A DNA stretch of 57,470 nt. Source: a virus (taxonomy: Duplodnaviria > Caudoviricetes). The position numbers and the translations under genes are program-made. The stretch's first letter is position 1, and every line of letters begins with the position of its first letter. This document shows positions 1 through 8,452 of this stretch, one piece after another. The stretch spans positions 1 to 57,470 of the IMG/VR virus record IMGVR_UViG_3300026097_001066, one strand, 5' to 3'. The notes under the pieces are model-generated. The model was not told where the DNA came from. It did no database searches and was given only the letters and a program-made list of their open reading frames with translations.

Positions 1-1
1 A

Positions 2-109
2 CTTGCTCTTACACAGTACAGTTTACCCATTGATCCAGATTCAGTAGACTGCTTCGATGAATTCCATGAGCGATATGGTAAGTATATTACTGCCGCCCAA
101 AAGGCGTAA
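2..109 (+). CDS. 3' end of upstream gene, probably MoxR-type AAA+ ATPase (partial)
   Basis: Frame 2 reads LALTQYSLPIDPDSVDCFDEFHERYGKYITAAQKA* (TAA 107-109). The ATPase call rests mostly on its position upstream of a DUF2201/VWA gene, the usual MoxR partner; no ATPase motifs are in the window. Confidence 0.5.
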   Translation, partial: LALTQYSLPIDPDSVDCFDEFHERYGKYITAAQKA

Positions 110-113
110 CTGC

Positions 114-147
114 AAGAGCTGGACAACTCTTAAAACTGTCCGTTCTT
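114..147 (+). terminator. Possible stem-loop/terminator after the upstream gene
   Basis: AAGAGC-T-GGACA (114-125) pairs with TGTCC-GTTCTT (137-147), followed by a pyrimidine-rich tract. Imperfect stem, 11-nt loop. Confidence 0.35.
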
Positions 148-149
148 AC

Positions 150-178
150 TTGACTTTTCCTTTTCTTTCCTGTACTAT
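150..178 (+). promoter_or_regulatory. sigma70-type (early) promoter
   Basis: TTGACT (150-155), 17-nt spacer, TACTAT (173-178); SD AGAGGT at 195-200 before ATG 208. Confidence 0.75.
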
Positions 179-207
179 ATACATATAGTAACAAAGAGGT
201 TATACAC

Positions 208-1494
208 ATGAGCATAGATACCAAAGGGTTTCAACCTGATCCAGACATTACTCCAGAAGCTTTAGAAGCTATGCGCACTGATGTGCAGGATCGTGTGATT
301 GTAGCTCGCATAGGATTACTGTTGCGTCATCCTTTCTTTGGCAATATGGCTACACGACTTAAAGTAGAAAACTGCGACGACTGGTGTCCTACAGCCGCTA
401 CAGACGGTCGCCACTTGTACTACAACACACAATTTTTCAACGCACTGTCTAACAAAGAAATTGAGTTTGTAATTGCACACGAGATCATGCATTGTGTGTT
501 TGATCACTTAACACGCCGTGATGACCGAGATCCTCAACTGTACAACATTGCTGCAGATTATATTGTAAACAATACACTGGTCCGAGACCGCATTGGAGAC
601 ATTCCTAAACTGATTCCTTGTTTCCAGGATTTTAAGTATGAAGAGTGGACTTCAGAAGAAGTATACGACGACTTGCTGGAACAAGCGAAAGAAAAAGGCA
701 AAGAGATACTGGATGAACTAGGCGAATTGCTCGACGAGCATGTGGACTGGGAAAGTGATCCAGACGAAGGCAATGATCAAGAAGGCAAAGGTAGCTCTCG
801 TCCTAGATATACCAAAGAAGAGCTCAAAGAAATACGCGACGAAATTAAAGAAGCTACAATTAATGCAGCACAGGCCGCAGGTGCAGGTAATGTACCCGGT
901 GCAATACAGCGCATGATCAAAGAGCTAACTGAGCATAAGATGAGTTGGCGTGAACTATTACAACAGCAAATTCAAAGCACAATTAAGAATGATTTTACCT
1001 TTCAGCGTCCAAACCGCAAAGGTTGGCATACTGGAGCAATACTTCCAGGACAGAATTTTGACCAAACAATTGATGTTGCAATTGGACTTGATGTATCAGG
1101 AAGTATCAGCGACAGACAACTTAAAGACTTTTTAAGTGAAATTAAAGGAATCATGGACGAGTACAAAGACTACAATATTAAAATCTGGTGCTTTGACACA
1201 GAAGTAAGTGGTGAAGATGACTTTACTGCAGACGATGGAAGAGACCTTCTGGACTATGAAATCACCGGCGGTGGCGGCACTGACTTTATGTCTAACTGGG
1301 AATACATGAAAAAACACGGCATTGAGCCTAAGAAGTTTATCATGTTTACAGATGGCTATCCGTGGAATTCTTGGGGTGACGAGGATTACTGCGATACAGT
1401 GTTTATTATACACAGTCACCATGACAAAAATCTACATGCACCGTTTGGTGTGACAGCACACTATGAAGAAGATCGTGCAAGACAAGAAGCTTAA
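208..1494 (+). CDS. DUF2201-type metallopeptidase plus VWA domain protein
   Basis: TAATDG and HEIMH (HExxH) in the N-terminal half; MIDAS DVSGS, GGGGTDF and FTDGY in the C-terminal VWA domain. Confidence 0.85.
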   Translation: MSIDTKGFQPDPDITPEALEAMRTDVQDRVIVARIGLLLRHPFFGNMATRLKVENCDDWCPTAATDGRHLYYNTQFFNALSNKEIEFVIAHEIMHCVFDHLTRRDDRDPQLYNIAADYIVNNTLVRDRIGDIPKLIPCFQDFKYEEWTSEEVYDDLLEQAKEKGKEILDELGELLDEHVDWESDPDEGNDQEGKGSSRPRYTKEELKEIRDEIKEATINAAQAAGAGNVPGAIQRMIKELTEHKMSWRELLQQQIQSTIKNDFTFQRPNRKGWHTGAILPGQNFDQTIDVAIGLDVSGSISDRQLKDFLSEIKGIMDEYKDYNIKIWCFDTEVSGEDDFTADDGRDLLDYEITGGGGTDFMSNWEYMKKHGIEPKKFIMFTDGYPWNSWGDEDYCDTVFIIHSHHDKNLHAPFGVTAHYEEDRARQEA

Positions 1495-1753
1495 TCCTTT
1501 AAACTTCTTTGAAATAAGACAACTTGAAGTGCCTGCTCCGCACTTTGAGTATCTTATTATTCCTATGAGATATAATCTCCAATCAAGCATAGAAAAGTGG
1601 ATTGCAGATAATCTCAAAGGCAGATTTTATGTAGGTAAATGTGTAGATATAAACAGCGAAGATAAAATAGACACCATGATAAAAATAGGTTTTGAAGAAC
1701 CTAAAGAACTGTCCTATTTCACTTTAGCCTGTCCACTTTTAAAATACAAGTAA
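1463..1753 (+). CDS. hypothetical phage protein (96 aa)
   Basis: ORF overlapping the end of the VWA gene, same strand, fills the gap. Confidence 0.7.
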   Translation: MKKIVQDKKLNPLNFFEIRQLEVPAPHFEYLIIPMRYNLQSSIEKWIADNLKGRFYVGKCVDINSEDKIDTMIKIGFEEPKELSYFTLACPLLKYK

Positions 1754-1756
1754 ATA
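1750..1756 (+). promoter_or_regulatory. putative T4-like late promoter (GTAAATA)
   Basis: Variant of TATAAATA upstream of SD GAGGAG (1775-1780) and ATG 1787. Confidence 0.4.
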
Positions 1757-1770
1757 AAATGCGCACATTA
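1755..1770. promoter_or_regulatory. 16-bp palindromic motif copy (TAAAATGCGCACATTA)
   Basis: 13/16 match to the consensus TTATRTRCGYAYATAA; intergenic. Confidence 0.45.
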
Positions 1771-1786
1771 TATTGAGGAGGCCCCA

Positions 1787-2023
1787 ATGAGCGAACAAGA
1801 AAATAAAACAGAAGAAACAGTAGCTTCAACTGATGCTACACAAGAAGCACCTGCGGCGGAACTAACCGTACAAGATTTAAATGCTATCAAACAAATTATC
1901 GATGTTGCTAGTCAGCGTGGTGCATTTAAGCCCAACGAAATGACTGTGGTAGGCACTACATATACAAAACTAGAAACATTTCTTAACGCTGTTGCTGAAC
2001 AGGGTCAAGCACAAGGAGAATAA
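1787..2023 (+). CDS. hypothetical phage protein (78 aa)
   Basis: Strong SD GAGGAG; helical-looking ORF. Confidence 0.8.
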   Translation: MSEQENKTEETVASTDATQEAPAAELTVQDLNAIKQIIDVASQRGAFKPNEMTVVGTTYTKLETFLNAVAEQGQAQGE

Positions 2024-2025
2024 AC

Positions 2026-2643
2026 ATGGCTATAAAACATGTAGGACGATTGAAGTCTAATCAAAGAAGAGTGGTTGTAGCATATAGAACTGTTCCGGGT
2101 GATCCATTAAGTGCAGTGGTAGTTCCTACAGAAATTCTTGCTTCAGAAGAGCATGATGCGTTAATGCGCTGTGTTGAAGGTGCAGCAGGACAGGAAGCCT
2201 ATGAATTTGCTGAAGCTATGGCTAGATTCACACTGCCAGACGGCAGAAATATGTTGGCAGGATTTCATACAACTGGCAAAATGGTAAAAGTTGCTACTTC
2301 TGAAGTTGAGATGATTCCTGATACTAAAACCAAAGTTAGTTTGGACGAACTTAATCGTATTATTGCAGAACAAAAAGGTGTTTCTCTTGAAGATCTTGCT
2401 CTTGCAGAAGGTAGTACTAAACCAAGCAATAGCACAGAAAAAACTGAACCTAATCTAGAAGTCATTGATGATATTGTACAGCCAAGCGTTCAAGAAACTC
2501 CTGATGTTCTTTCTGATGAAGATCTTGCAGCGAAATACAGATCGGATGCTGATAGACTATTTAAAGAAGCTAAAAAACTTAGAGAACAAGCAGAAGAGCT
2601 TGCTCCTTCAAAGAAAAAGACTTCTAATAAAGAAAGTGTCTAA
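2026..2643 (+). CDS. hypothetical phage protein (205 aa, C-terminal coiled coil)
   Basis: SD AGGAG before ATG; C-terminal heptad-like LAAKYRSDADRLFKEAKKLREQAEEL. Confidence 0.8.
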   Translation: MAIKHVGRLKSNQRRVVVAYRTVPGDPLSAVVVPTEILASEEHDALMRCVEGAAGQEAYEFAEAMARFTLPDGRNMLAGFHTTGKMVKVATSEVEMIPDTKTKVSLDELNRIIAEQKGVSLEDLALAEGSTKPSNSTEKTEPNLEVIDDIVQPSVQETPDVLSDEDLAAKYRSDADRLFKEAKKLREQAEELAPSKKKTSNKESV

Positions 2644-2947
2644 AAAAAGACTTCCCCAAGATGTAATTGATCAATGGCCTGAAATTTTCAATGATGTTAA
2701 TGTAGAGGTAATACCTTTATATTATTTAGACTCAGTGAGAGTTACTTTTCAAAATGGAAAAGTGTGGGATATTGATACCAGCAAAGCGTTATCCGAAGGA
2801 GCAGATGAGGATCTCGAATCTGCTCTCGACGATATTTTTAACGAGTATGAAGAAGAAATTGTCAATGTTGACTTTCGACTTGATATTGAGAAAGTTAAAA
2901 AAGATATACAAAAAAGAACCAATCGATTTCTTAAAAAAAGAAAATAG
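2636..2947 (+). CDS. hypothetical phage protein (~103 aa)
   Basis: Track ORF 2465-2947; the more likely start is GTG 2636 (MSKKRLPQDVIDQWPEIF), overlapping the previous stop. Confidence 0.7.
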   Translation: MSKKRLPQDVIDQWPEIFNDVNVEVIPLYYLDSVRVTFQNGKVWDIDTSKALSEGADEDLESALDDIFNEYEEEIVNVDFRLDIEKVKKDIQKRTNRFLKKRK

Positions 2948-2964
2948 TCTTATTGTCTAAAAAG

Positions 2965-2971
2965 ATAAATA
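2965..2971 (+). promoter_or_regulatory. putative T4-like late promoter (ATAAATA)
   Basis: Upstream of SD GGAG (2991-2994) and a virion structural gene. Confidence 0.55.
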
Positions 2972-3000
2972 CATTATACTAATGTTTCCAGGAGCATATA

Positions 3001-4437
3001 ATGGCATTAAGACTAAGACGCGGTACAGATGCAGAACGATTGACCATCACGCCTGAGGCAGGCGAACCACTATATACCACAGATACAAAACAACTTTATG
3101 TAGGCGACGGTACTACATCTGGCGGTATTCTTGTGGGTCCTATTACAGCAATTGCAGATATTGTCGAAGATGTTACTCCACAGTTAGGCGGCAATTTAGA
3201 TCTAAATGGTAATAATATCATTGGTTCTGGAAATATCAATATTACTGGAACAATTACTGCTACTGGAAACATCAATCTCGGTGACGGTGTAGAAGACAAT
3301 GTTATTGTAGGCGGAGAAATTGGATCTAATCTTACACCAACTAGCGACGCAGCATTTAACCTTGGAAGTGTAAGTAAAAGATGGGGCAATGTATATGCTC
3401 ACAGTGTAGTGGTTGACGGTCAACTTGATGCAGAAAACATTAACGCTAATTTAATAGCTGATGACAGTGTAGTAGCATTTGATTCTGCAACAGGACAATT
3501 CAAAGGATTACTAGACGGTGATTTAGTTGGTAGTGTGTTTGCAGATGACTCTACAAAAATTATTGATGGGCAAACGGGAGAAATTTTTGGTAATCTAACT
3601 GGAAATTTAACAGGTATTGTAAACGGAACATTAGATGGCGAAATGATTGGTAGTGTATTTGCGGATAATTCTACAAAAATTATTGATGGGCAAACGGGAG
3701 AAATTTTTGGTAATCTAACTGGAAGTCTTACAGGAAATGTTATCGGCGATGTTGTGGGAAGTGTGTTTGCTGATGATTCAACGCTCATTATAGATGGTAT
3801 TAATCGATCATTATCTGGATTAACAGTCAAAACAAGATTTATCGAAAGCGACTTTGAGGAATTATCGTATACTTCCACAACAGGAAATTCGTCTTTTTCT
3901 GTAACTTCGGATGATGATGCAGGACTTCTTGTGCTAAGAAAAAACTCATCTTCTGATCTAAGCGGGTCAACAGCTGCATATGGAAGAATTATTTTTGCTC
4001 GAAATGATATAAACGGATCATCTTTCCATTCGTTAATTGCTGGATCTGACACAGCTTTATCATTTGGAGTAGACGACACTGGCACATTTTCAGATTTATC
4101 AAAATTTGTTACATGGACTGGAACTAATTTTGGAATAGGAACATTAAATCCTGCTAGTGCTTTAGATGTAAACGGTAATGGTAATTTTTCAGGCAATGTA
4201 GAAGCGGCAGCTTTTAAAGGGTCAGTTGTTAGTGACGATTCGACTATAATGATCGATGCTGTTGAAAACACTATCACTGCTGGTGGTTTCATACAGTTTG
4301 GTAGTTTGACTTCGTCAGAGCGAGACGACTTGACAGCGACAAACGGTATGGTTATATATAATACCACTAATAACAAGTTTGAAGGTTATCAAAATGGAGC
4401 GTGGATCAATCTAGACGACGGCACAGCAGCTTCGTAA
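3001..4437 (+). CDS. virion fibre-like protein with Mtd_N/hyaluronidase-like N-terminal domain
   Basis: N-terminus MALRLRRGT...GEPLYTTDTKQLYVGDG is typical of Mtd N-terminal domains; Gly/Thr/Asn-rich beta-repeats; GIGTLNPASALDVNG; C-terminal GMVIYNTTNNKFEGY. Confidence 0.7.
   Translation: MALRLRRGTDAERLTITPEAGEPLYTTDTKQLYVGDGTTSGGILVGPITAIADIVEDVTPQLGGNLDLNGNNIIGSGNINITGTITATGNINLGDGVEDNVIVGGEIGSNLTPTSDAAFNLGSVSKRWGNVYAHSVVVDGQLDAENINANLIADDSVVAFDSATGQFKGLLDGDLVGSVFADDSTKIIDGQTGEIFGNLTGNLTGIVNGTLDGEMIGSVFADNSTKIIDGQTGEIFGNLTGSLTGNVIGDVVGSVFADDSTLIIDGINRSLSGLTVKTRFIESDFEELSYTSTTGNSSFSVTSDDDAGLLVLRKNSSSDLSGSTAAYGRIIFARNDINGSSFHSLIAGSDTALSFGVDDTGTFSDLSKFVTWTGTNFGIGTLNPASALDVNGNGNFSGNVEAAAFKGSVVSDDSTIMIDAVENTITAGGFIQFGSLTSSERDDLTATNGMVIYNTTNNKFEGYQNGAWINLDDGTAAS
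3550..3724 (+). repeat. intragenic direct repeat (55 bp identical, 120-bp period)
   Basis: TCTACAAAAATTATTGATGGGCAAACGGGAGAAATTTTTGGTAATCTAACTGGAA at 3550-3604 and 3670-3724, encoding STKIIDGQTGEIFGNLTG twice. Confidence 0.9.
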
Positions 4438-4469
4438 TTCTATTTTTCTTCTCATAACTTTTACTTTTA

Positions 4470-4476
4470 ATAAGTA
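4470..4476 (+). promoter_or_regulatory. putative late promoter (ATAAGTA), leaderless geometry
   Basis: 5 nt upstream of ATG 4482, no SD. Confidence 0.45.
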
Positions 4477-4481
4477 GTAAT

Positions 4482-5282
4482 ATGGATTATAAGTTATTGA
4501 ACAACTGGGCGATAGAGCTCAACAATGTTGACCTTAAAACTCTAAGCCTTGCAGAAGCACAACAAATAGGACGAATGGTTCTAACTAATCTAGTTGTGGT
4601 AATAAAATCGCAAAACTTATCAGAACAAGATCAAATCGACTTTTGTTCGAAAATCGGATCAGTTCAGCAATCCGATAACAAACGCACCGATCATATGCGA
4701 TTAACAAACGGTATTTTAAGGGTTACCGGACAAAAAAACGAACACGGTGAAGAAGGATTATTCGGACATACATCAGCATTAGATTGGCATGCTAATCAAG
4801 CCAGCAATAAAAATCGAATGCCGTTGATTTGGCTTTATGGGGTTACTGGAACACACGGAAGTAGAACAAGTTGGATTAACAATAAGTTGTCTTACGAAGC
4901 ATTGCCGTCGGATATCAAAGACCAGATTAATGATATAAAAATCACCTTAGGGTTCGAAGCAGGTAGATACAGTCCTAGCACATTTTTTAACAATCACCAT
5001 CATGAAGATGTGCCTTTCGATTTAGTGCATACAAATGGAGCCGGATTGACTGGATTGTATTTTCCTTTTTTACAGGTATTCGGCGGCATAGATAAAGATC
5101 TATACGAAATGCTAAAGAATCATATTTTAAAAGAGGAGTTTGTTTATCATCATGATTGGGAAGATGGTGATGTTATAATAAGTGAGCAGTGGTTAAGTAT
5201 ACATAAACGATGGGAATTTGAACAGATGGATAAACGCATACTGCACAGAATTGCATTTGATTATACGAGATTATCAAAATGA
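4482..5282 (+). CDS. TauD/TfdA-family Fe(II)/2OG dioxygenase-like protein (atypical HxN motif)
   Basis: LVVVIKSQNLS, WHANQ, WEDGDVII...IHKR, RILHRI. Confidence 0.75.
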   Translation: MDYKLLNNWAIELNNVDLKTLSLAEAQQIGRMVLTNLVVVIKSQNLSEQDQIDFCSKIGSVQQSDNKRTDHMRLTNGILRVTGQKNEHGEEGLFGHTSALDWHANQASNKNRMPLIWLYGVTGTHGSRTSWINNKLSYEALPSDIKDQINDIKITLGFEAGRYSPSTFFNNHHHEDVPFDLVHTNGAGLTGLYFPFLQVFGGIDKDLYEMLKNHILKEEFVYHHDWEDGDVIISEQWLSIHKRWEFEQMDKRILHRIAFDYTRLSK

Positions 5283-5980
5283 AAACTACTCATAAACTAT
5301 TATTAAATCATATTCTATGCCATCTAGCACTTATTCCAGGATTTATATATGGAAGTGCTTGGATGTTTATCGCAGGATTCGCATGGTATTATGTAATAAC
5401 AATATGTTCATCTAGTGCAGGATATCATAGATTCTATGCTCATAACTCATACAAAGCAAATCGATGGTTTGAATGGTTTACTAACTTTTTGAGTCTTTTT
5501 GTAGGATCAGGTCCTTATCTTACCCGTGCAGCGATTCACCGTCAGCACCATGCTTACGCAGATACAGAAAAAGATCCTAGTTGCCCTGTGCATCATGGAT
5601 TTTGGAAGATTTATTTTAACATTTGGGGCTTAGATAATAAAATAGAAAGAAAGTTTTTTAAAGGACTTATTGACAATAAGATATTGATGTTTTTCCATAA
5701 ACACTATTGGAAGTTGGTTTTCGGATTGATATTTGCTCTGCTACTGATAGATCCATTATTGTTAGTATTTGGTTATTGTCTGCCGTGTGTGTTAAGTTCG
5801 CATCTGTTTGGATTGTTCAATGCCTACTTGCACAAAGACGGCGAAGCGGCCAATAGTCATTGGCTGAACCTGTTCACAGCAGGTGAAGGCTATCATAAAA
5901 CACATCATGATGATTCTAAAAAACTAAGGTTAGGATTGATAGATCCTACATATTTTTTTATTAAAGTTATTAAGGTATGA
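5279..5980 (+). CDS. membrane fatty-acid desaturase (delta-9/DesC-like)
   Basis: Three His boxes GYHRFYAH, IHRQHH and GEGYHKTHH; DTEKDP; hydrophobic segments. Confidence 0.85.
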   Translation: MKTTHKLLLNHILCHLALIPGFIYGSAWMFIAGFAWYYVITICSSSAGYHRFYAHNSYKANRWFEWFTNFLSLFVGSGPYLTRAAIHRQHHAYADTEKDPSCPVHHGFWKIYFNIWGLDNKIERKFFKGLIDNKILMFFHKHYWKLVFGLIFALLLIDPLLLVFGYCLPCVLSSHLFGLFNAYLHKDGEAANSHWLNLFTAGEGYHKTHHDDSKKLRLGLIDPTYFFIKVIKV

Positions 5981-6534
5981 TAAAAACATTCGAGATTGCC
6001 CCGCCTGATGTTGCAAAAGATATAAAATACATATACAATACAGTAGTGTCGCTGAATGGAAAGCGTTCAAAAAATTATTTAGAAGAAAACTTGCGAGAAC
6101 CTGTTTTAGGTGTTTCGATAAGATATGACGAAGAAGGAAGACCAGTCTCTACAGCACGAATATTGCACAGAACATGTTATGACAATTCTGTAAGAGTGTT
6201 CGATCGATATGCATTAATAGAAGGCAATTCAGGTTTGCTTCCTAAAAATTATGATGGATTATTCAAAAAACCCTCGTCAGAATTATTAGAACAACAAACT
6301 GAATTCTGTAAAGAAAAAGGATTCGGATGTATTTTTATTTCTATGGATATGCGAGCAAAACGCACATTACAAAAAGTAATAAAAGGACACAATCAATATT
6401 CAAAATATCAATGGAACTTTGATGGTCCTCACTATGTTACATATCCAAAGACGCCCGGCGGATTACAATATATAGGATATACAGGAACGGAGTTTAGAAG
6501 AAACGATGGATTATATTACTCAGAGCTGGAATAA
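5977..6534 (+). CDS. hypothetical protein, possibly GNAT-like fold
   Basis: Translationally coupled (ATGA). RVFDRY...ELLEQQTEFCKEKGFGCIFISM resembles GNAT motif A/B spacing; weak. Confidence 0.55.
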   Translation: MIKTFEIAPPDVAKDIKYIYNTVVSLNGKRSKNYLEENLREPVLGVSIRYDEEGRPVSTARILHRTCYDNSVRVFDRYALIEGNSGLLPKNYDGLFKKPSSELLEQQTEFCKEKGFGCIFISMDMRAKRTLQKVIKGHNQYSKYQWNFDGPHYVTYPKTPGGLQYIGYTGTEFRRNDGLYYSELE

Positions 6535-7231
6535 AAGAGATTTAACACCACTGGTCAATAATGAAATAGATCTGGTTATTATAAAAAATGCACCAGCATC
6601 CCAACTTACTTTGTTTAGATTTTTAACAGAATATTATGATATAGCACCGCAGGATCCGATGGATAAAATCTTTTTAGATATTTCTCTAAGCGGAGTGCAT
6701 CATGAGTTATACGGAAATACCGATCTAGAATGGCACATCGATAAAGGATACACACAGAATCCTGTTAATGTGACAGGATTGTATGCTTTAGAGGCAGAAG
6801 GCGATGTCGGCAGAACAATGTATGTTGATAATAGAATAGATTGTCCTGTGAAAAACAAAAAAGTTACTGTAGACATGGATCGGTTTACCAGTGATGAAAG
6901 ATACGGTTACAGATTTCGAAGCGAAGCAGAAAGAAGATGGTTTAGAAGAAAACACCGAAATGTTTGGCATGATTTAATTCAAAAAGATAAACGCGGAGAA
7001 TATGTCTATTATTGTGAAGCATATACAGAGTTGCCAAAAATAGAAAAAGATTCAATAGAAAGTATCCTATATCATCCTGATCGTATTTACTATCACAAAT
7101 GGGAGAAGGGAGATTTTGTTGTAGCAAACAACAAAGCTACTAATCATAAGAGAGAAGCTTCCAGCATAGGATCAAGACATCTATGGAAGATAGAAGGATA
7201 TTCGAAGTCTGAGTTGACAGAGGATTGGTAA
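6506..7231 (+). CDS. TauD/TfdA-family Fe(II)/2OG dioxygenase
   Basis: WHIDKG (HxD), GRTMYVD, HKWEKGDFVVANNKATNHKR, RHLWKI. Confidence 0.8.
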   Translation: MDYITQSWNKRDLTPLVNNEIDLVIIKNAPASQLTLFRFLTEYYDIAPQDPMDKIFLDISLSGVHHELYGNTDLEWHIDKGYTQNPVNVTGLYALEAEGDVGRTMYVDNRIDCPVKNKKVTVDMDRFTSDERYGYRFRSEAERRWFRRKHRNVWHDLIQKDKRGEYVYYCEAYTELPKIEKDSIESILYHPDRIYYHKWEKGDFVVANNKATNHKREASSIGSRHLWKIEGYSKSELTEDW

Positions 7232-7235
7232 GGCG

Positions 7236-7856
7236 CTACATTTTGCTAATTATGTAGTCTGTAATATACTCATCCAATCTACAGTTGATAACTATCCAAT
7301 AACTGTCGTTAAACGATGAATTTGCAAGGGAATGTAGTTTAGCAGTATTTACAAAATACATTTTACCCGATTCCCAGTTTAAAATTTGGTCTTCTATAAT
7401 AAAATTTACTGATGGCGGACTTATGTTTTTCAGCGGAATAATTAATCTACAACTGTCTACTTTATATTTTGTGAAATCTCTATGTGGAGGGAAAAATCCG
7501 CCTGGTTTTAATTTTAGAATATGCGTCCTAAAGATATAATCTCTAAATGGATCTAAAAGTTTTTTTAGTTCTGGGTGTTTGCTAACTGGAGTAAAACAAG
7601 TGAAGTCTTGTTCACGATAATGAACATTATTTTCTTTATTGTATTCTCTGAGACTATCTAAGTCAGGAATACCTGATACGCCTCCGTCTAAACTGGTAAT
7701 ACTAAGACCATACCTATTTACATCTTTTCTAGGATTGTATTTGACATATTCAAAGTTTAGTTCTGTCCATTGTATAAAATCATCAATATTGTCCATACCT
7801 ATGCTTAACTGACTTTGATCTCCAAAACTACTTAATGTTAGATGGTAATGATTCAT
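7236..7856 (-). CDS. aspartyl/asparaginyl beta-hydroxylase-like 2OG-Fe(II) oxygenase
   Basis: RTHILKLKPGGFFPPHRD, RLIIPL, WESGKMYFVNTAKLHS. Confidence 0.75.
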   Translation of the reverse strand: MNHYHLTLSSFGDQSQLSIGMDNIDDFIQWTELNFEYVKYNPRKDVNRYGLSITSLDGGVSGIPDLDSLREYNKENNVHYREQDFTCFTPVSKHPELKKLLDPFRDYIFRTHILKLKPGGFFPPHRDFTKYKVDSCRLIIPLKNISPPSVNFIIEDQILNWESGKMYFVNTAKLHSLANSSFNDSYWIVINCRLDEYITDYIISKM

Positions 7857-7933
7857 TGATATATCTCGAAAAAAAATTTACTATAGTATATATTACTTAA
7901 ATATATTATATAATGTTAAAATGGATCTAAAAT

Positions 7934-8452
7934 ATGATGCCTTATTTTTTTTGTATAGACGATTATATACTTTCTCAATCTTGTAAAACTAACATTTATA
8001 ATTATGCAGTCAATCAAAACACAAAATTCACAGCATATCAAATGAAAGGTGGCGGATATGACGGCAATAATTATTTAAAATTTAATTTAGATTTAGAAGA
8101 AATAGTAAATTTAAACAAAAAATGCAAATTAAAGTTTTATACTATGTTAATCATGCATAAACCTTTTGCAACTGTTGTGAAACACAGAGATGGTCCATTT
8201 GGCAGAAATTGTGTTCTAAGTATTCCTATAAATCCCAAAATAAATTACCCTAGCACCAAATTTTACGACGATAATAACAATTTTGTTTCTGAGTGTAAAT
8301 TTAACAATTTGCAACCAGCTTTTCTTAATACACAGCAAACACACGGGTTAAAAAACGGCAACAACATGCGTTTGAATTTACAACTATGTTTTGAAGAATC
8401 ATTTACATGTGTAGTTGATCTTTATAAAAAAGACAAGCTGTTTAAAAATTAA
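7934..8452 (+). CDS. 2OG-Fe(II) oxygenase-like protein
   Basis: VKHRD, CVLSIP, FLNTQQTHG, RLNLQL (HxD...H...R pattern). Confidence 0.6.
   Translation: MMPYFFCIDDYILSQSCKTNIYNYAVNQNTKFTAYQMKGGGYDGNNYLKFNLDLEEIVNLNKKCKLKFYTMLIMHKPFATVVKHRDGPFGRNCVLSIPINPKINYPSTKFYDDNNNFVSECKFNNLQPAFLNTQQTHGLKNGNNMRLNLQLCFEESFTCVVDLYKKDKLFKN

Noticed and set aside
3550-3724. CRISPR-like repeat
   Set aside because: Only two copies, in frame within a coding sequence; no spacer array or cas genes.
3420-4376. 318-aa antisense ORF, plus many shorter antisense ORFs inside the structural genes (e.g. 33994-34455, 35997-36554, 42307-42729)
   Set aside because: Fully nested opposite well-supported genes, with Ser/Pro/Val-biased translations and no SD; typical shadows of the sense-strand codon bias.
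3001-4437. Diversity-generating retroelement target (Mtd-like N-terminus)
   Set aside because: No reverse transcriptase, no C-type lectin tip and no TR/VR pair with adenine-specific mismatches in the window; the only repeat is an in-frame tandem duplication.
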